A DNA stretch of 64,000 nucleotides, taken from the NCBI GenBank assembly GCA_963750165.1, contig CAVVPN010000004.1, positions 928,001 through 992,000 of the forward strand, given 5' to 3'. Of this stretch, positions 28,431 through 39,589 are shown one piece after another. The position numbers and the translations under genes were made by a program. Position 1 is the stretch's first letter. Each line of letters begins with the position of its first letter. The notes beneath the pieces are model-generated. The model made no database searches and had not been told where the DNA came from. It saw only the letters and a program-made list of their open reading frames with translations. The DNA comes from an uncultured Gemmataceae bacterium. Its GTDB lineage: Bacteria; Planctomycetota; Planctomycetia; Gemmatales; Gemmataceae.

Positions 28431-30256
28431 TCACTCCACGGTCACACTTTTGGCAAGGTTGCGCGGCTTGTCAATATCACATCCACGCAGCAGGGCGATG
28501 TGGTACGCCAGCAGTTGCAGCGGCACCACCGTGATGACCGGCTGCAAATAGTCCTCGACCCTGGGCACATAAATGATGTCGTCGGCGCGGGCCTCCACCA
28601 GGCTGTCCTCCTCACAGGCCACGGCGATCACCGGGCCGCCGCGGGCCTTGATCTCCTCCAGGTTGCTCATCACCTTGTCGTAGACCGAGCACTGCGGCAC
28701 CAGGAAGACCGACGGCGTGTGCTTATCGACCAGGGCGATGGGACCGTGCTTCATCTCCGCGGCGGGGTAGCCCTCCGCGTGGACGTAGCTGATTTCCTTG
28801 AGCTTCAACGCCCCCTCCAGCGCCACCGGGAAGAGGTACTGCCGGCCCAGGTACAGGAAGTTGTCGTTGTCCGCGTACTTGCGAGCGATGCGTTTGACCT
28901 CGTCGTGGCAGCGGAGCGTCTGCCGCACCAGCTCCGGCAGCAGGCGGATTTCCTCAATCATGCGCGCCCCTGCAGGCTGGACAGATGACGCATACGGCCG
29001 AGGTACAGCGCCAGCAGCGTCAGCACGGTGACCTGAGCGGTGAACGCCTTGGTGCTGGCGACGCCGATCTCGGGGCCGGCGTGCAGGTAGACGCCGCCGT
29101 CGGCCTCGCGGGCAATGCTGCTGCCCACCACGTTGCAAATGGCCAGCGTCGTCAGGCCCTTGCGCTTGCTCTCGCGCAACGCCGCCAGCGTGTCCGCCGT
29201 CTCGCCGGACTGCGTAATGCCGAGCACCACCGTGTTGCGGTCCATCGGCGGGTTGCGGTAGCGGTACTCGCTGGCGTACTCCACCTCGACGGGAATCTGC
29301 GCCAGGGCCTCGAACAGGTGTTCGCCAATCAGGCCGGCGTGATAGCTGGTGCCGCACGCGGTCATCACGATGCGGTCAATCTGGCGGAGCTGGGCGGGCG
29401 TGCGGTTCAGGCCGCCGAAGTGGGCGGTCGCCTCGGCGTCGTCGAGCCGGCCGGCGATGGCGCGCTGCAGCACCTCGGGCTGCTCGTAAATCTCCTTGAG
29501 CATGTAGTGCTCGAACGCCCCCTTGTCGGAATCGCCGGCGTCCAGTTCCAGGGTGTGGACCTGGGCCTCGGCGGCCTCGCGGTCGTGGTTGAAGATGCGC
29601 CACTCGCGCGGCGTCAGGGCGCACAGCTGGCGGTCGCTGAGGTAGACGACGCGCTCGGTGTAGCCGGCCAGGGCGTTGGCGTCGCTGGCCAGCAGTGTCT
29701 CGCCCTGGCCGATGCCCAGCACCAGTGGACTGCCCAGGCGGGCGCCGACGATCTGGTGCGGGAAGCGCGGGCTGACGACCGCCAGGCCGTAGGTGCCCTT
29801 GAGGCGCGCCACCGCCCGTTGAACCGCTTCGAGCAGATCGTCTTGCAGGTAGGCGGCGATCAGGTGGGCGATGACTTCCGTGTCGGTGTCGCTCTTGAAA
29901 ACGACACCGTCGGCCTGAAGTTGCTGCTTGAGCGTGGCGTAGTTCTCGATGACGCCGTTGTGGACGACCGCGACCTCGCCGTCGCCGCCGAGGTGCGGGT
30001 GGGCGTTGGTTTCGGTGGCGGGGCCGTGCGTGGCCCAGCGCGTGTGGCTGATGCCGGTGCTGCCGGGCGCCTGCTGGCGGCCCACCAGGCTGGTCAGGTT
30101 GGCGATGCGGCCGACGGCCTTGCGGACGCGCAGTTGCCGGCCGGCGATGGTGGCCAGGCCGGCACTGTCGTAGCCACGGTATTCCAGTCGCCGCAGCCCT
30201 TCCAGCAAGATCGGCGTCGCCTCGCGCCGCCCGGTATAACCGACAATGCCACACAT
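28431..30256 (-). CDS. glmS: Glutamine--fructose-6-phosphate transaminase, frameshifted near 28968
   Basis: MCGIVG, LEYRGYDSAG, HTRWATHG, QSGETADT, DKPRNLAKSVTVE; one G missing from a G run. Confidence 0.96.
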
Positions 30257-30631
30257 GAGGGTGCCTCGCTGTTCCCTGGGGTCGTGCGTCTACGCCAGTC
30301 CAGTCCAGGTTTTCCTTCCTGGCATGAATGGGCACTGTACCTATCACAGCAGTTTCCGCGCCACGGGAATTATGAAGTTCTGGCGACAGAACTGTGGCTC
30401 CGAATCAGCGGGAAAGGCACGGATCGGGTGGAGCACTGCCTGGCCCTGTCTACTCCCCGAGACACTCCAACCACTCTCTGTCTACTTTCTGATACACACG
30501 ACAGCGTTGCCGGGCGCAGGTTGTTGTCGGCGGGCCAGGGCGTGAACCGCAAGGGGTTGCTATTCGCCGTGGTGCAGGCGGCCCGCCAGCACAGGGAGCG
30601 CGTGCAGGCGGGCTGCCTGCACCATGGCGCA

Positions 30632-30853
30632 TCAGCGCAAGCCGAGCACCTCCCACACCAGGATGGTGGTGTCCTCGCTGCCGGAGGCGAGCACGCGGCC
30701 GTCGGGGGAGAAGGCGAGAGCGGTGACAGAACCGCGGTGGCCGCTGAAGCGCTTGAGTTGCTGGCCGGTGGCGGTTCGCCAGACACAGACATCCTTGCCG
30801 TCGGAACTGGCAAAGAACTTGCCGTCGGGGGAGAAGGTCAGCCGGTAGCTCAA
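30632..30853 (-). pseudogene. C-terminal fragment of a WD40 protein (about 2 repeats)
   Basis: TFSPDGKF...GHRGSVTALAFSPDGRVLASGSEDTTILVWEV; too short to close a propeller. Confidence 0.7.
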
Positions 30854-31418
30854 AGCTTCCGCAAGTTCACGGCAGTCGCCGCCAATGCGGCCGCGGCCAC
30901 GACCCCGGGAAACACCTCGTCCACCAGGCCGAGCCGCGCCGCCATCGCCCAGTCATTCGGCGGCACGTCGGCGGACTTGAGCAGCACCACCCGCGCCCGA
31001 GCCGCGCCGCCACCCGCGCCGCGATGGCGTCGCTGGTCACCGTCCAGGTATGCGGCAGCCGATCCGGGTTCGCCTCGTCCGCACGCAGCACCGGCAGGCA
31101 GTCGAGCACCGGTGTCACGCCCGCCGCCCACGCCGCCGGTAGTTCTGCCAGTCCGACGATCACCCGCCCCCGCGGCAGCAGCGCCGCCAGCACATGAGCG
31201 TTCAGGCCCATCGCCCGCACCGCCAGCCAGTGTGCCGCCTCGGCGCCGAGGCCGTGGACGCGGTCCAGGTCGCGCACGGCGTCCGCCGCCGCGCCGCCGC
31301 CGGGCACCAGCACCACATCGCATGTCCCCAACCGCCCCAGCCAGTCGGCCAACCGCGGCCGCAGTCCCGGCCAGGTCAGCAGACTGCCGCCGACCTTGAC
31401 CACCACCGGCTCAGCCAT
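30850..31418 (-). CDS. Amino-acid-kinase-fold protein (MfnE/Orf21-like), frameshifted near 30997
   Basis: VVKVGGSL, VPGGG..AD.VR, AHWLAVRAM, LPHTWTVTSDAIAA; continues in another frame as LLKSAD...GLVD.VF. Confidence 0.8.
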
Positions 31419-32409
31419 CGTGCCGGCCCTCCGTGGCGAGGACGGCCACCGCGTGGGCGCACGCCGCCGCCGACAACTCCGGCCCCAGTTCCTGTGCCAG
31501 CGACACGATGGTCACCGGGAGTATTTTTTCCAATGCCTGGAGGACAAGGCGAGCCAAAAATTCGCCGGAGCCGGCCAGCACGACGGCCGTGGGCAGGGCA
31601 GGCAAGCGCCGCGCCGCCTCCCAGATGGGAGTGCCGATCAACTGCGTCTGGCGGCGAAAGGCGCGGGCGGCAAACATGATGACGAAATCGGCACGCAGGG
31701 TCTCGCCGTCACCGCAGAGCATGCGGGCCAGCCGGGCGTGGGCGGCGGCGCGCGTGGCCGGTCGGCCGTCGGCGGTGTGGCAATCCGCCGCGTCCTCGTT
31801 GACATGCTCGAGCAGCAAATACACGTCCAGGGTGGTGGCGAAGAACTCCGCGGCGCCGAAGCCGTCGAGCAGGGCGCACACCGGCGTCCGCCGGGCGCCG
31901 GTGTAGATCAACTCGCGGCTATACAACCGATCCGTGTCGGTGAGGTTCAACGGCCGTGGCTGGCCTGCGACCAGTGGCACGATGTCCGTGGTGGTCGAGC
32001 CGATGTCGATCAGCAGGGCGTTCGTGCCGCCGACGTAGCGTCCTGCGAACTCGGCCAGCGCCAGCCAGTTGGCGGCGGCCATTTGCAGCGGCTCCGCGGC
32101 GGCGCCGTCCAGGTCCACGAACCGCCCTGCATTGGTCCAGCAGCGCACCGCCCGGCCTTCCGCCGCCGACTGCACCGCGGCGAGAATCGCATGGACACCT
32201 TCACGGCGCGTGGCGAAGCAGTCGCACAGTTCGCCGGTCATGGTGACCGCCAGGGTGTCACAGGCCGGCAGACGGCGCAGCAGCGCCCGCAGCGCCTCGG
32301 GCAGGCGGTCGGGCTGTTTCCACAACTCGAAGGGTTGCAGACAGACGGCGCCGGTGGCGTGGACCGCCTTGAGGTTGGCGCCGCCGATGTCGAGGCCGAC
32401 GACGGTCAC
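31411..32409 (-). CDS. Hydantoinase/oxoprolinase-family protein (MfnF/Orf9-like, H4MPT/methanofuran-linked C1 pathway)
   Basis: GLDIGGANLK, AVTMTGELCDCF, AANWLA, DIGSTTTDI, GARRTP, EFFATTLD, TADGRP, RLARMLC. Confidence 0.88.
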   Translation of the reverse strand: MTVVGLDIGGANLKAVHATGAVCLQPFELWKQPDRLPEALRALLRRLPACDTLAVTMTGELCDCFATRREGVHAILAAVQSAAEGRAVRCWTNAGRFVDLDGAAAEPLQMAAANWLALAEFAGRYVGGTNALLIDIGSTTTDIVPLVAGQPRPLNLTDTDRLYSRELIYTGARRTPVCALLDGFGAAEFFATTLDVYLLLEHVNEDAADCHTADGRPATRAAAHARLARMLCGDGETLRADFVIMFAARAFRRQTQLIGTPIWEAARRLPALPTAVVLAGSGEFLARLVLQALEKILPVTIVSLAQELGPELSAAACAHAVAVLATEGRHDG

Positions 32410-32419
32410 GGTGCCTCCG

Positions 32420-32992
32420 TCACTTCCAGGCCAGCAGGGCGAGGAACGGCAGGGCCGGCCAGATCAGCAGCGCCAGGCCGCAGCCGTGCGTCCACGGCCG
32501 GCGGTCGCGCTGGAACAGGTCGAGGACGTTGAGCAGCAGAGCCACCGCGGCCAGCGCCAGCAGCGCGACCGCGTAGCCGACGAGGACCGGTTGCCGGGCG
32601 TCCTCCCGCACCTCCTTCGGGGCATCGGGGAACGTTTGCCAGACGACCCAGACCACCAGCGCCAGCGACGCCAGCCAGGCGACGCCCCAGAGCCATTCGG
32701 CCGGCGACAGCGTTGCTGGCCGGCCGCGGAGGCGCTGGCCGGTGTAGAACACCGGCCAGAACAGTTGCACGCCGAGCGGCAAAAACGGCAGTGTCGGCAG
32801 CACTTTCAGGACCTCGGCAGGCACCTCTGCCGGGGCGTGTTCGAGCTTGGCGGTCTGGTAGCCGGCCAGTTCCACGAGGTAGAGCGACAGGGCGACCCCG
32901 AGGAAGATGAGGAAAAAGTCGAGGCGCGTCGGTGGTGGCGCGGCCGGGGCGGCGCGCGGGGCGGACACGGTGCGGGAGGCTGGCGGATTCAT
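32420..32992 (-). CDS. Hypothetical membrane protein (about 5 TM)
   Basis: Hydrophobic segments; same strand as and just upstream of the C1 genes. Confidence 0.7.
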   Translation of the reverse strand: MNPPASRTVSAPRAAPAAPPPTRLDFFLIFLGVALSLYLVELAGYQTAKLEHAPAEVPAEVLKVLPTLPFLPLGVQLFWPVFYTGQRLRGRPATLSPAEWLWGVAWLASLALVVWVVWQTFPDAPKEVREDARQPVLVGYAVALLALAAVALLLNVLDLFQRDRRPWTHGCGLALLIWPALPFLALLAWK

Positions 32993-33040
32993 GGTGTGAT
33001 GGTAGCACGGCCGGCGGCGCGCGTGCAAGCGGCAGCACGA

Positions 33041-33115
33041 AGCGCTAAGCCGCAAGCGGCAGAACGACGGGTTCGAGCGCGAAACCCATCTTTCTGCCGC
33101 TTGCGGCTTAGCGCT
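33041..33115. repeat. REP-like inverted pair, family A (AGCGCTAAGCCGCAAGCGGCAGAA...TTCTGCCGCTTGCGGCTTAGCGCT)
   Basis: 24-bp perfect inverted arms in an intergenic gap. Confidence 0.88.
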
Positions 33116-33143
33116 CCCAAACCCTCCTTGGCGGCTCACCATC

Positions 33144-33818
33144 TCACTTCTGCGGTGGCGTAGTCGCGACAAGCTTCGGCACACCCGGCGGGGCCAGCGG
33201 CGGCGGCCCGGTCGGTTGCAGCGTCTGCGGCCCGTTCGGCACCGTCCAGTTCCCCGTTTGCAGCACCGGCGCCGGTCCCGAGGTCGGGTGCGGCAGCGGC
33301 GCCACGTGGGTGGCCGGTAGCGGCACGACCTTTGGCGTCGCCGTGTTCAGCCGGCCGCCGATCTGCGCCAGCAGCTTTTCGCTGACCGGCTTCTCCGGGC
33401 CGGTGGCGCCGAGGCGCTCCGGCACCGTGCGGTCGCCGAGGATGCCCACGCGCACCGCCACCGTGCTGATCGGCCCATCCGCCGGGATTTCACTCAGCCG
33501 CGTCTTGACCGTGATGTTCACGGGTTGGCCCCCGCCGGTCATGGTCTCCAGTTCGGCGGTGTCGATGCCGGTGCGCTCCTTGGTGATGGTCATGCCGAAG
33601 TCCACCAGCGCCAGTTTGGTCGCGGCGTACGTCTGGGCGAAGTCGGCGCCCTTGTACTCGCGCTCGACAACGCCGCTCAGGTAAGCGAAGCCGGCGGCGC
33701 CGCCGGCGACGACCGCGCTGCCCACCGCTGCCGCGATACAGCCGCTGCTGGTCAGCGCCAGCAGGCCCACCAGGCCGTAGCCCCACCGTGTAAACCGTCG
33801 TTGACCGCGTGCGCCCAT
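33144..33818 (-). CDS. DUF3568-like lipoprotein with Pro-rich tail
   Basis: Lipobox-like SSGC followed by AAAVGSAVVAGGAAGFAYLSG; VAVRVGILGD. Confidence 0.72.
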   Translation of the reverse strand: MGARGQRRFTRWGYGLVGLLALTSSGCIAAAVGSAVVAGGAAGFAYLSGVVEREYKGADFAQTYAATKLALVDFGMTITKERTGIDTAELETMTGGGQPVNITVKTRLSEIPADGPISTVAVRVGILGDRTVPERLGATGPEKPVSEKLLAQIGGRLNTATPKVVPLPATHVAPLPHPTSGPAPVLQTGNWTVPNGPQTLQPTGPPPLAPPGVPKLVATTPPQK

Positions 33819-33966
33819 TGGCCCCTCCTTTGTGAACCAACCGGGCCGCAGGATAGCGTCTGGCCCGGCGGTGACAATGCCAAGTTCTCCCGGGCGCGCG
33901 GCGCGATGGTTCCGTAGAATAGCAGTGGGAATTCGCCCTTTTCCGCACTCACGGCTCGCACACGAC

Positions 33967-36835
33967 ATGGCACGTTACCTGATCGGCATCGACCTCGGCA
34001 CCACCAACAGCGCCCTGGCCTACATCGACCTGCCGCGCTGGAAGGCGCGCGGCAGCGCCGTGCCGGAGATCCAGAAGTTCGCCGTCCCGCAGCTGGTCAA
34101 CGCCGGCGAGGTAGCGCCGCGGCCGCTGCTGCCGTCGTTCCTGTACCTGCCGGGGCCGCACGACCTGCCCCCCGGCGTCACCGCGCTGCCCTGGGACGCC
34201 CAGCCGCCGCACGTCATCGGCGAGTTCGCCCGCAATCACGGCAGCCGCATCCCTGGCCGTCTCGTCACCTCCGCCAAGTCCTGGCTATGCCACGCCGGCG
34301 TTGATCGCTCCGCGCCGCTGCTGCCCTGGAGCGCCCCGCCCGATGTGCCGCGGCTGTCGCCCGTCGAGGTCTCCGGCCGCTACCTGCGGCACTTTGTCGA
34401 TGCCTGGAACGAGGTAATGGCCAGGAACGACCCCGAGGCGCGGCTGGAGAAGCAGACGGTGGTGCTGACGGTGCCGGCATCCTTCGACGACGTGGCCCGG
34501 ACACTGACGGTCGAGGCGGCGCGCAAGGCGGGGCTGGAGAACCTGACGCTGCTGGAGGAGCCGCAGGCCGCGTTCTACTGCTGGTTGGCGACGCACTCGG
34601 CGCGAGGCGGCGGCGCTGAAGCCGGGGGCGCACTGCCTCGTCGTGGACGTGGGCGGCGGCACCAGCGACTTCAGTCTGATCCAGGCGACCGAGCAGCAGG
34701 GCGAGCTGTCGTTCGTGCGCCAGGCGGTCGGCGACCATTTGCTGCTGGGCGGCGACAACATGGACCTGGCACTGGCGAAGTTCGTGGAGGGCCGGCTGCC
34801 GCAGGCCGGCAAACTCGACGCGGCCCAGTACGGCCTGTTGACGCAGGCGTGCCGGCAGGCCAAGGAGACGCTGCTGGGGCCGCAGCAGCCGGCTTCGTAC
34901 CCGGTAACGGTGATGGGCCGCGGTCGCTCGGTCATCGGCGGGGTGCTGACCACGGCGCTGACGACCGCGGACGTGCGGCAGGTGATCCTGGACGGCTTCT
35001 TCCCGCAGGTCGGCCGCGACGAGGAGACGCAGCGCGGCGCCCGCGTTGGCCTGCACGAGATGGGGCTGCCCTACGTCAACGACCCGGCGATCACGCGGCA
35101 CCTGGCGGAGTTTCTGCGGCGGCACGCGCGCGAAGTGCAGAGCGGCGGCGCCGTGGCGCCGGAGGCGATTCTGTTCAACGGCGGCGTCTTCCAGCCGGCG
35201 AGCCTGCGCGAGCGCGTCATCGAGGTGATGCGGCACTGGTACGCGACGCCGCCGCAGGACTGGCAACCGCTGGTGCTGACGAACCCATCGCTCGACCTGG
35301 CCGTGGCGTGGGGGGCGGCGCACTTCGCCTGGCTGAAGCACATCGGCGGCAAACGCATCGGCGGCGGCATTGCCCGCTCCTACTACGTCGGTGTCGAGGC
35401 CGGCGCCGCCCCGACGGCGGACGCTCTCACCGTCGTCTGCGTGGTGCCGCAGCACCTGGAGGAGGGCCGCGAGGTGGCGCTGCCGCGGCCGGAACTGGAA
35501 CTGGCACTGGGCCAACCGGTCGCGTTTCCGCTGTTCACGTCCACGGTGCGGGCCGACGACAAACCGGGCGATTTGTTGCACGTTTCGCCAGAACAGCTCT
35601 GGCAGCTGCCGCCGCTGCACACGATCCTGCGCGGCGGCAAACGCAGCGGCACCCGGCGCGTGCCGGTGACGCTCGCGGCCCGCAGCACGGAAATCGGCAC
35701 GCTGGAGATCTACTGTGTCGCGAAAGAAGGTGACAACCGCTGGCGGCTGGAGTTCAACGTCCGCGACATCGTCAAGGGCTCCGCGGCGGCGCCGGCGGCG
35801 GCCGCGGACGATGACGGCAAGGCGACGGTCACGGACGTGTGGCCGGAGGAGCAGGTGCAGGCGGCGGCCCAGCAACTCCGCGCCGCCTATGTCCCCACTG
35901 TTGGAGCCGGGTCGGGTGACCCGGCCCCCGCGCCGCAGGAGTTGACGAAGGCGCTGGAAACGGCGCTGGACGCGCCGCGCAGCCAGTGGCCGACGGGCCT
36001 GTGCCGGCGGTTGTGGGACTTCCTTGCGGAGGTCGCCGAGCACCGCCGCCGGTCACCGCAGCACCTGAGCCGCTGGTATCACCTGGTCGGCTTCGTGCTG
36101 CGGCCGGGCTTCGGTGATTCGCTGGATAAATTCCGCGTCGAGCAGCTGTGGAAACTGACGGCGACGCCGCCGCGCACCACCGCCGGGGGTGGGAATGTAC
36201 CGCGTCCGCCGGAGAGCGGCGCGGACTTCTGGATCATGTGGCGGCGCGTGGCGGGCGGCCTGAACGCGCAGTTACAGGCGGCGCTGCTGAACCGGCTGCG
36301 GCCGGCGCTGCTGCCGGCCAAGGGCAAGGCGGCGGTCAAGCCGGCGGCGAACGAGCTGGCGGAGATGTGGCGCACGGCCGCGAGCCTGGAGCGCGTGGAC
36401 GTGAAGCAAAAGGAGCAGCTGGGCCAGGCGTTGCTGAAGCCGCTGCGGCGCAGTCCGGTGCCGACCTACGGCTTCTGGGCGCTGACGCGGCTGGGGGCGC
36501 GGCGGCTGCTGTATGGGCCGCTCAACGGCGTGGTGCATCCGCACGTTGTCGAAAGTTGGCTGGACCAGATCGTCAGCTTCGAGCCGGGCAACCAGAGCGA
36601 GCGTGCGGGCTGGCTGTTCTGCCTGGCGCAGCTGGCGCGGCAGAGCGGCCAGCGGGCGCTGGACATCGACGACAGTCACCGCAAGTCGGTGCTGACGGTG
36701 CTGCACAACGAGAAGGCGCGTGAGCATCTGGTGCGCATGGTGGAGGAGGTGCTGGAGCTGGAGGGCGAGGAGCAGAGCGAACTGTTCGGCGAGGCGCTGC
36801 CGATCGGGCTGCGGCTGCTGCCGGCGGCGGAGTGA
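33967..36835 (+). CDS. Atypical Hsp70/DnaK-like protein with long C-terminal extension (DUF3731-like), frameshifted near 34603
   Basis: GIDLGTTNS, TVPASFD, EEPQAA, DVGGGTSD, LGGDNMD, LFNGGVF, AVAWGAA. Confidence 0.9.
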
Positions 36836-36848
36836 GCGGGGGCGGACG

Positions 36849-37163
36849 ATGGGACCAGGCAAACGGCGGAAGCGGTTATTGAAGCAAGCCCGCCAGGTTC
36901 CGGTGGAGGCGGTGGAGGCGTTCTTGCTACCCCGCCCCGGCGCGCATCCGGGTTACTTCGTCCTGCAACAACATGGGGCTGAATTGCTCTGCGTCTTTCG
37001 TGGTTTCCAGAACGGTGCTGAAGTCCTCATTGAGGATGATGTGTTCTATCAAGCCTGTTGCAATTACCTCAAGGAGCGTGGTGTTGTCTTCGAGACGCCG
37101 GAAAGTGCGACGCTCTACGCCCAGGAACGGGGATTGATCGATTTCGATGATCAGGAAGCGTAA
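36849..37163 (+). CDS. Hypothetical protein, lower GC
   Basis: 104-aa ORF between the Hsp70-like gene and DUF4058. Confidence 0.55.
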   Translation: MGPGKRRKRLLKQARQVPVEAVEAFLLPRPGAHPGYFVLQQHGAELLCVFRGFQNGAEVLIEDDVFYQACCNYLKERGVVFETPESATLYAQERGLIDFDDQEA

Positions 37164-37174
37164 AGGAACGAGCT

Positions 37175-37891
37175 ATGCCGCTACGCGATCATTTTCACCT
37201 ACCCCTGCGCGGCCTTTGCACCTGGGAGAGTTTTCACAGCGGCTGGGCGCTCGAGATCGTGCGCCAATTGAACCGCACGCTGCCGGCGAACTACGTGGCA
37301 CGCCCCAACGTGAAATTGGGTGTCGTCGTCGGCCCCGACGTGGGCACGCTACAGCAACCCGGCGACACAGCCACCGAGGACGCGGGCGGTGTTTCAACCG
37401 CGGTTTGGGCGCCGCCCCGGCCGACCCTTTCCGTTGACGTTGATTTCCACAGCGCTGACGTGTTCGAGGTCCAGGTCCACCGCGAGGGTGGGTTGGAACT
37501 CGTCGCTGCCGTCGAGTTGGTCAGTCCGCGGAACAAGGACCGGCCGACCGCGCGCCACCAGTTCGCGACGAAATGCGCGGCCTATCTCCAGGCGGGGGTG
37601 TCGGTCATCGTGGTGGACGTGGTGACGGAGCGGCGTCAGAATTTGTACACGCTGTTGCTGGAACAACTCGATCTGGCACCCGACGAGCATGCGCCGGGAG
37701 ACCTGTACGCCGTCGCCTGCCGCACGACGCCCCCCGATGAACCCGGCCGTCTGGAAACCTGGGTCGAGGCTCTCGCCCTGGGGACACCGCTGCCGACCTT
37801 GCCGCTGTGGCTGGAGACCGATTTCGCGGTGCCGCTCGACCTGGAGCGCAGTTACGAATCGACGTTCATTGAGTTGCGCGTCGCCGTTTGA
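37175..37891 (+). CDS. DUF4058-family protein (Uma2/PD-(D/E)XK-like)
   Basis: MPLRDHFH..WESFH..W, PDV, AAVELVSPRNKDRP, LPTLPLWL, VPLDLE.SY. Confidence 0.85.
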   Translation: MPLRDHFHLPLRGLCTWESFHSGWALEIVRQLNRTLPANYVARPNVKLGVVVGPDVGTLQQPGDTATEDAGGVSTAVWAPPRPTLSVDVDFHSADVFEVQVHREGGLELVAAVELVSPRNKDRPTARHQFATKCAAYLQAGVSVIVVDVVTERRQNLYTLLLEQLDLAPDEHAPGDLYAVACRTTPPDEPGRLETWVEALALGTPLPTLPLWLETDFAVPLDLERSYESTFIELRVAV

Positions 37892-38284
37892 GGTGCTGTT
37901 GACCGGCGCCGCAGAGATCGGGGAACAATTGCTCCAGCAGGTTCATCGGTGATACCCGTGCTGCCGCCCCCAGGCCAGCCAGCGCCTCGGCCACCTTCCG
38001 AATCTGCCCCTCTTCCTCGGGCGGCACCGGCTGTTCCCCGGTGATGGCGACCAGCGCGCTCGACAGGTGCCCGTCCCGCGTCTGTTCCAGGTCATGGAAC
38101 AAGAACGGCAGGGCAGCTGCGCCCAGGGCAATCAACTCCAGGTAAACTGGGTGGGCGACCATCGCCGTCGAGGACGAGAGAAAGCCCGTCTGGGCGCGCC
38201 AGGTGGCGAGCAAACGCTCCACCCGTTGCGCCAGCGTCTCTTCCGCCGGGGCGTGGGGGTAGCGGGAACGGAGCCGGTAGACAT
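37892..38284 (-). pseudogene. Small hypothetical gene (38284-37943, two apparent frameshifts) plus the truncated start of a coupled downstream gene (37946)
   Basis: GAGGA RBS + MSTGSVPATP / AEETLAQRVERLLATWRAQTGFLSS..HPVYLELIALG..ALPFL / WLAWGRQHGY; ATGA overlap with MNLLEQLFPDL, which runs into the DUF4058 gene end. Confidence 0.55.
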
Positions 38285-38519
38285 CGGTTTTCCTCAAGCG
38301 TTTGGCATTCCTCCACCGGGATTATACCCGCCGCGCTGCCGCCACGGCAGTGCAGATACCGGCGACGTTTTTCCCCGCCGCGACACCCGCCGGCCCGTTT
38401 CCTGGTATAACACTCCGGGGAAGGCCCGCGCCGCGCTGGCCGCCCGGCCGGCGATCATCCCGCATCCAAGGAGACTCGCAACGCTCAAGCACTCCATGTC
38501 GTGCCTGCTCGTCCTGCTG

Positions 38520-39302
38520 GCGGTCCCGTGGGCGGCCGTCGCCGCGCTGCTGGAACGAGGTGACGACAGCCCGGTAGGTGCCGGGCGCGGCCGCCACATG
38601 GATGACACGTGCGTTCCGGTTCGTGGCGCTCACGTCGTCATTCTCGGCCAGTCGGCGGCCCTTCGTGTCCACCAGGATCAGTACGGGTCGAAGGCGGTAC
38701 TCTCCAGGTCCAGGACGTACGTCTTGCCCGCCTGGAATTCCAGCGGGTGCGTCTGCTGCTTGACCTGGGCGGTGAGCTTACCGTTCTGGCGCGTCTCGGC
38801 GAAACGATACCGGGCAGCGGTTTTCTCGTCGAGCAGGTCGCGCTCCAGCTGCCAGGTGGGGAAGGCGGCCTGCAACTCTTTCCGCCACGGGGCGGCCTGC
38901 TCCGGCTTGCCCCACTCCTCGTACAGTTCCGCCAGGTGGTGCAGCGCCTCGGCCAACCGCACCCGTGCCGCCGCCGGCATCGCCTGCTCGCGCTGCTTCA
39001 TGCCCCGATAGCCCTCCAGCAAGCACTTCTCGGCCGCGGCGTATTTCTTCTGGCCGAGCAGGGCGCCGCCGAGCACTGTTTGCAGTTGAAAGGTGGTCCA
39101 GGCGTCGGGGTGGGAATGCTGGCGGATGGCCAGGAATTCGCGCAGGGGGACCTCGGCGGTGGCGTAGGCCCGCGCCCGCAAGAGGTCGTCGAACAACCGG
39201 ATGAGCAGGCTGGCGTACTGCGGGCTGTCCTTGCCCAGCCGCTGGCGCATGCCAGCCACGTAGGCGGCGAGCAGGGGCGCGGCCTGCTGCGGCTGCCCGG
39301 CC
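38520..39302 (-). pseudogene. C-terminal remnant of a TPR-containing protein (probably a Ser/Thr kinase) with a PPC-like domain
   Basis: HPDAWTTF...LGGALLGQKKYAAAEKCLLEGYRGM...LYEEWGKPEQAAPW; QAGKTYVLDLESTAFDPY / LVDTKGRRLAENDD with a frameshift near 38680; no N-terminus. Confidence 0.75.
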
Positions 39303-39589
39303 TTAGAGCGGTTCGCAGACGACTGTAGCGATCGTGTCTTTCGCCCCGAAGGGGCGGGACAACTTAGCCCAGGGCAACGCCCTGGGAACCAGGGAGGCGA
39401 CTGTTACCCTGCTTTCTTCCGTGCCCTGAAGGGGCACCACAACAACGCTTGGGGTGCCCCTTCAGGGCACGGAAGAGAGTCGCATCGGCGTCCCCAGGGC
39501 GTTGCCCTGGGCTAAGTTGTCCCGCCCCTTCGGGGCGAAGAACCCGCCACACCCGAACGCAACGCGCGCTGAATATGAACAATCGCCAG
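39303..39589. mobile_element. MITE-like element enclosing a 200-bp nested palindrome (39340-39540)
   Basis: Left end TTAGAGCGGTTCGCA, degenerate right end ATGAACAATCGCCAG; interior CGCCCCGAAGGGGCG...CCCAGGGCAACGCCCTGGG...GCCCTGAAGGGGC and its mirror. Confidence 0.7.

Noticed and set aside
28958..28980. Programmed frameshift or split glmS, and likewise EF-G and aroDE
   Set aside because: No slippery heptamer; each break is explained by one base missing from a short G/C run
30370..30400. Possible glmS ribozyme upstream of glmS (minus strand TCGCCAGAACT resembles AGCGCCAGAACT)
   Set aside because: The conserved downstream GACGAGG core is absent; the match is one arm of a short hairpin AGTTCTG-TCGC-CAGAACT
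30446..30486. Direct repeat CTGTCTACT x2 upstream of glmS as an operator
   Set aside because: Only two 9-mers, no other copy noticed and no candidate regulator; could be chance
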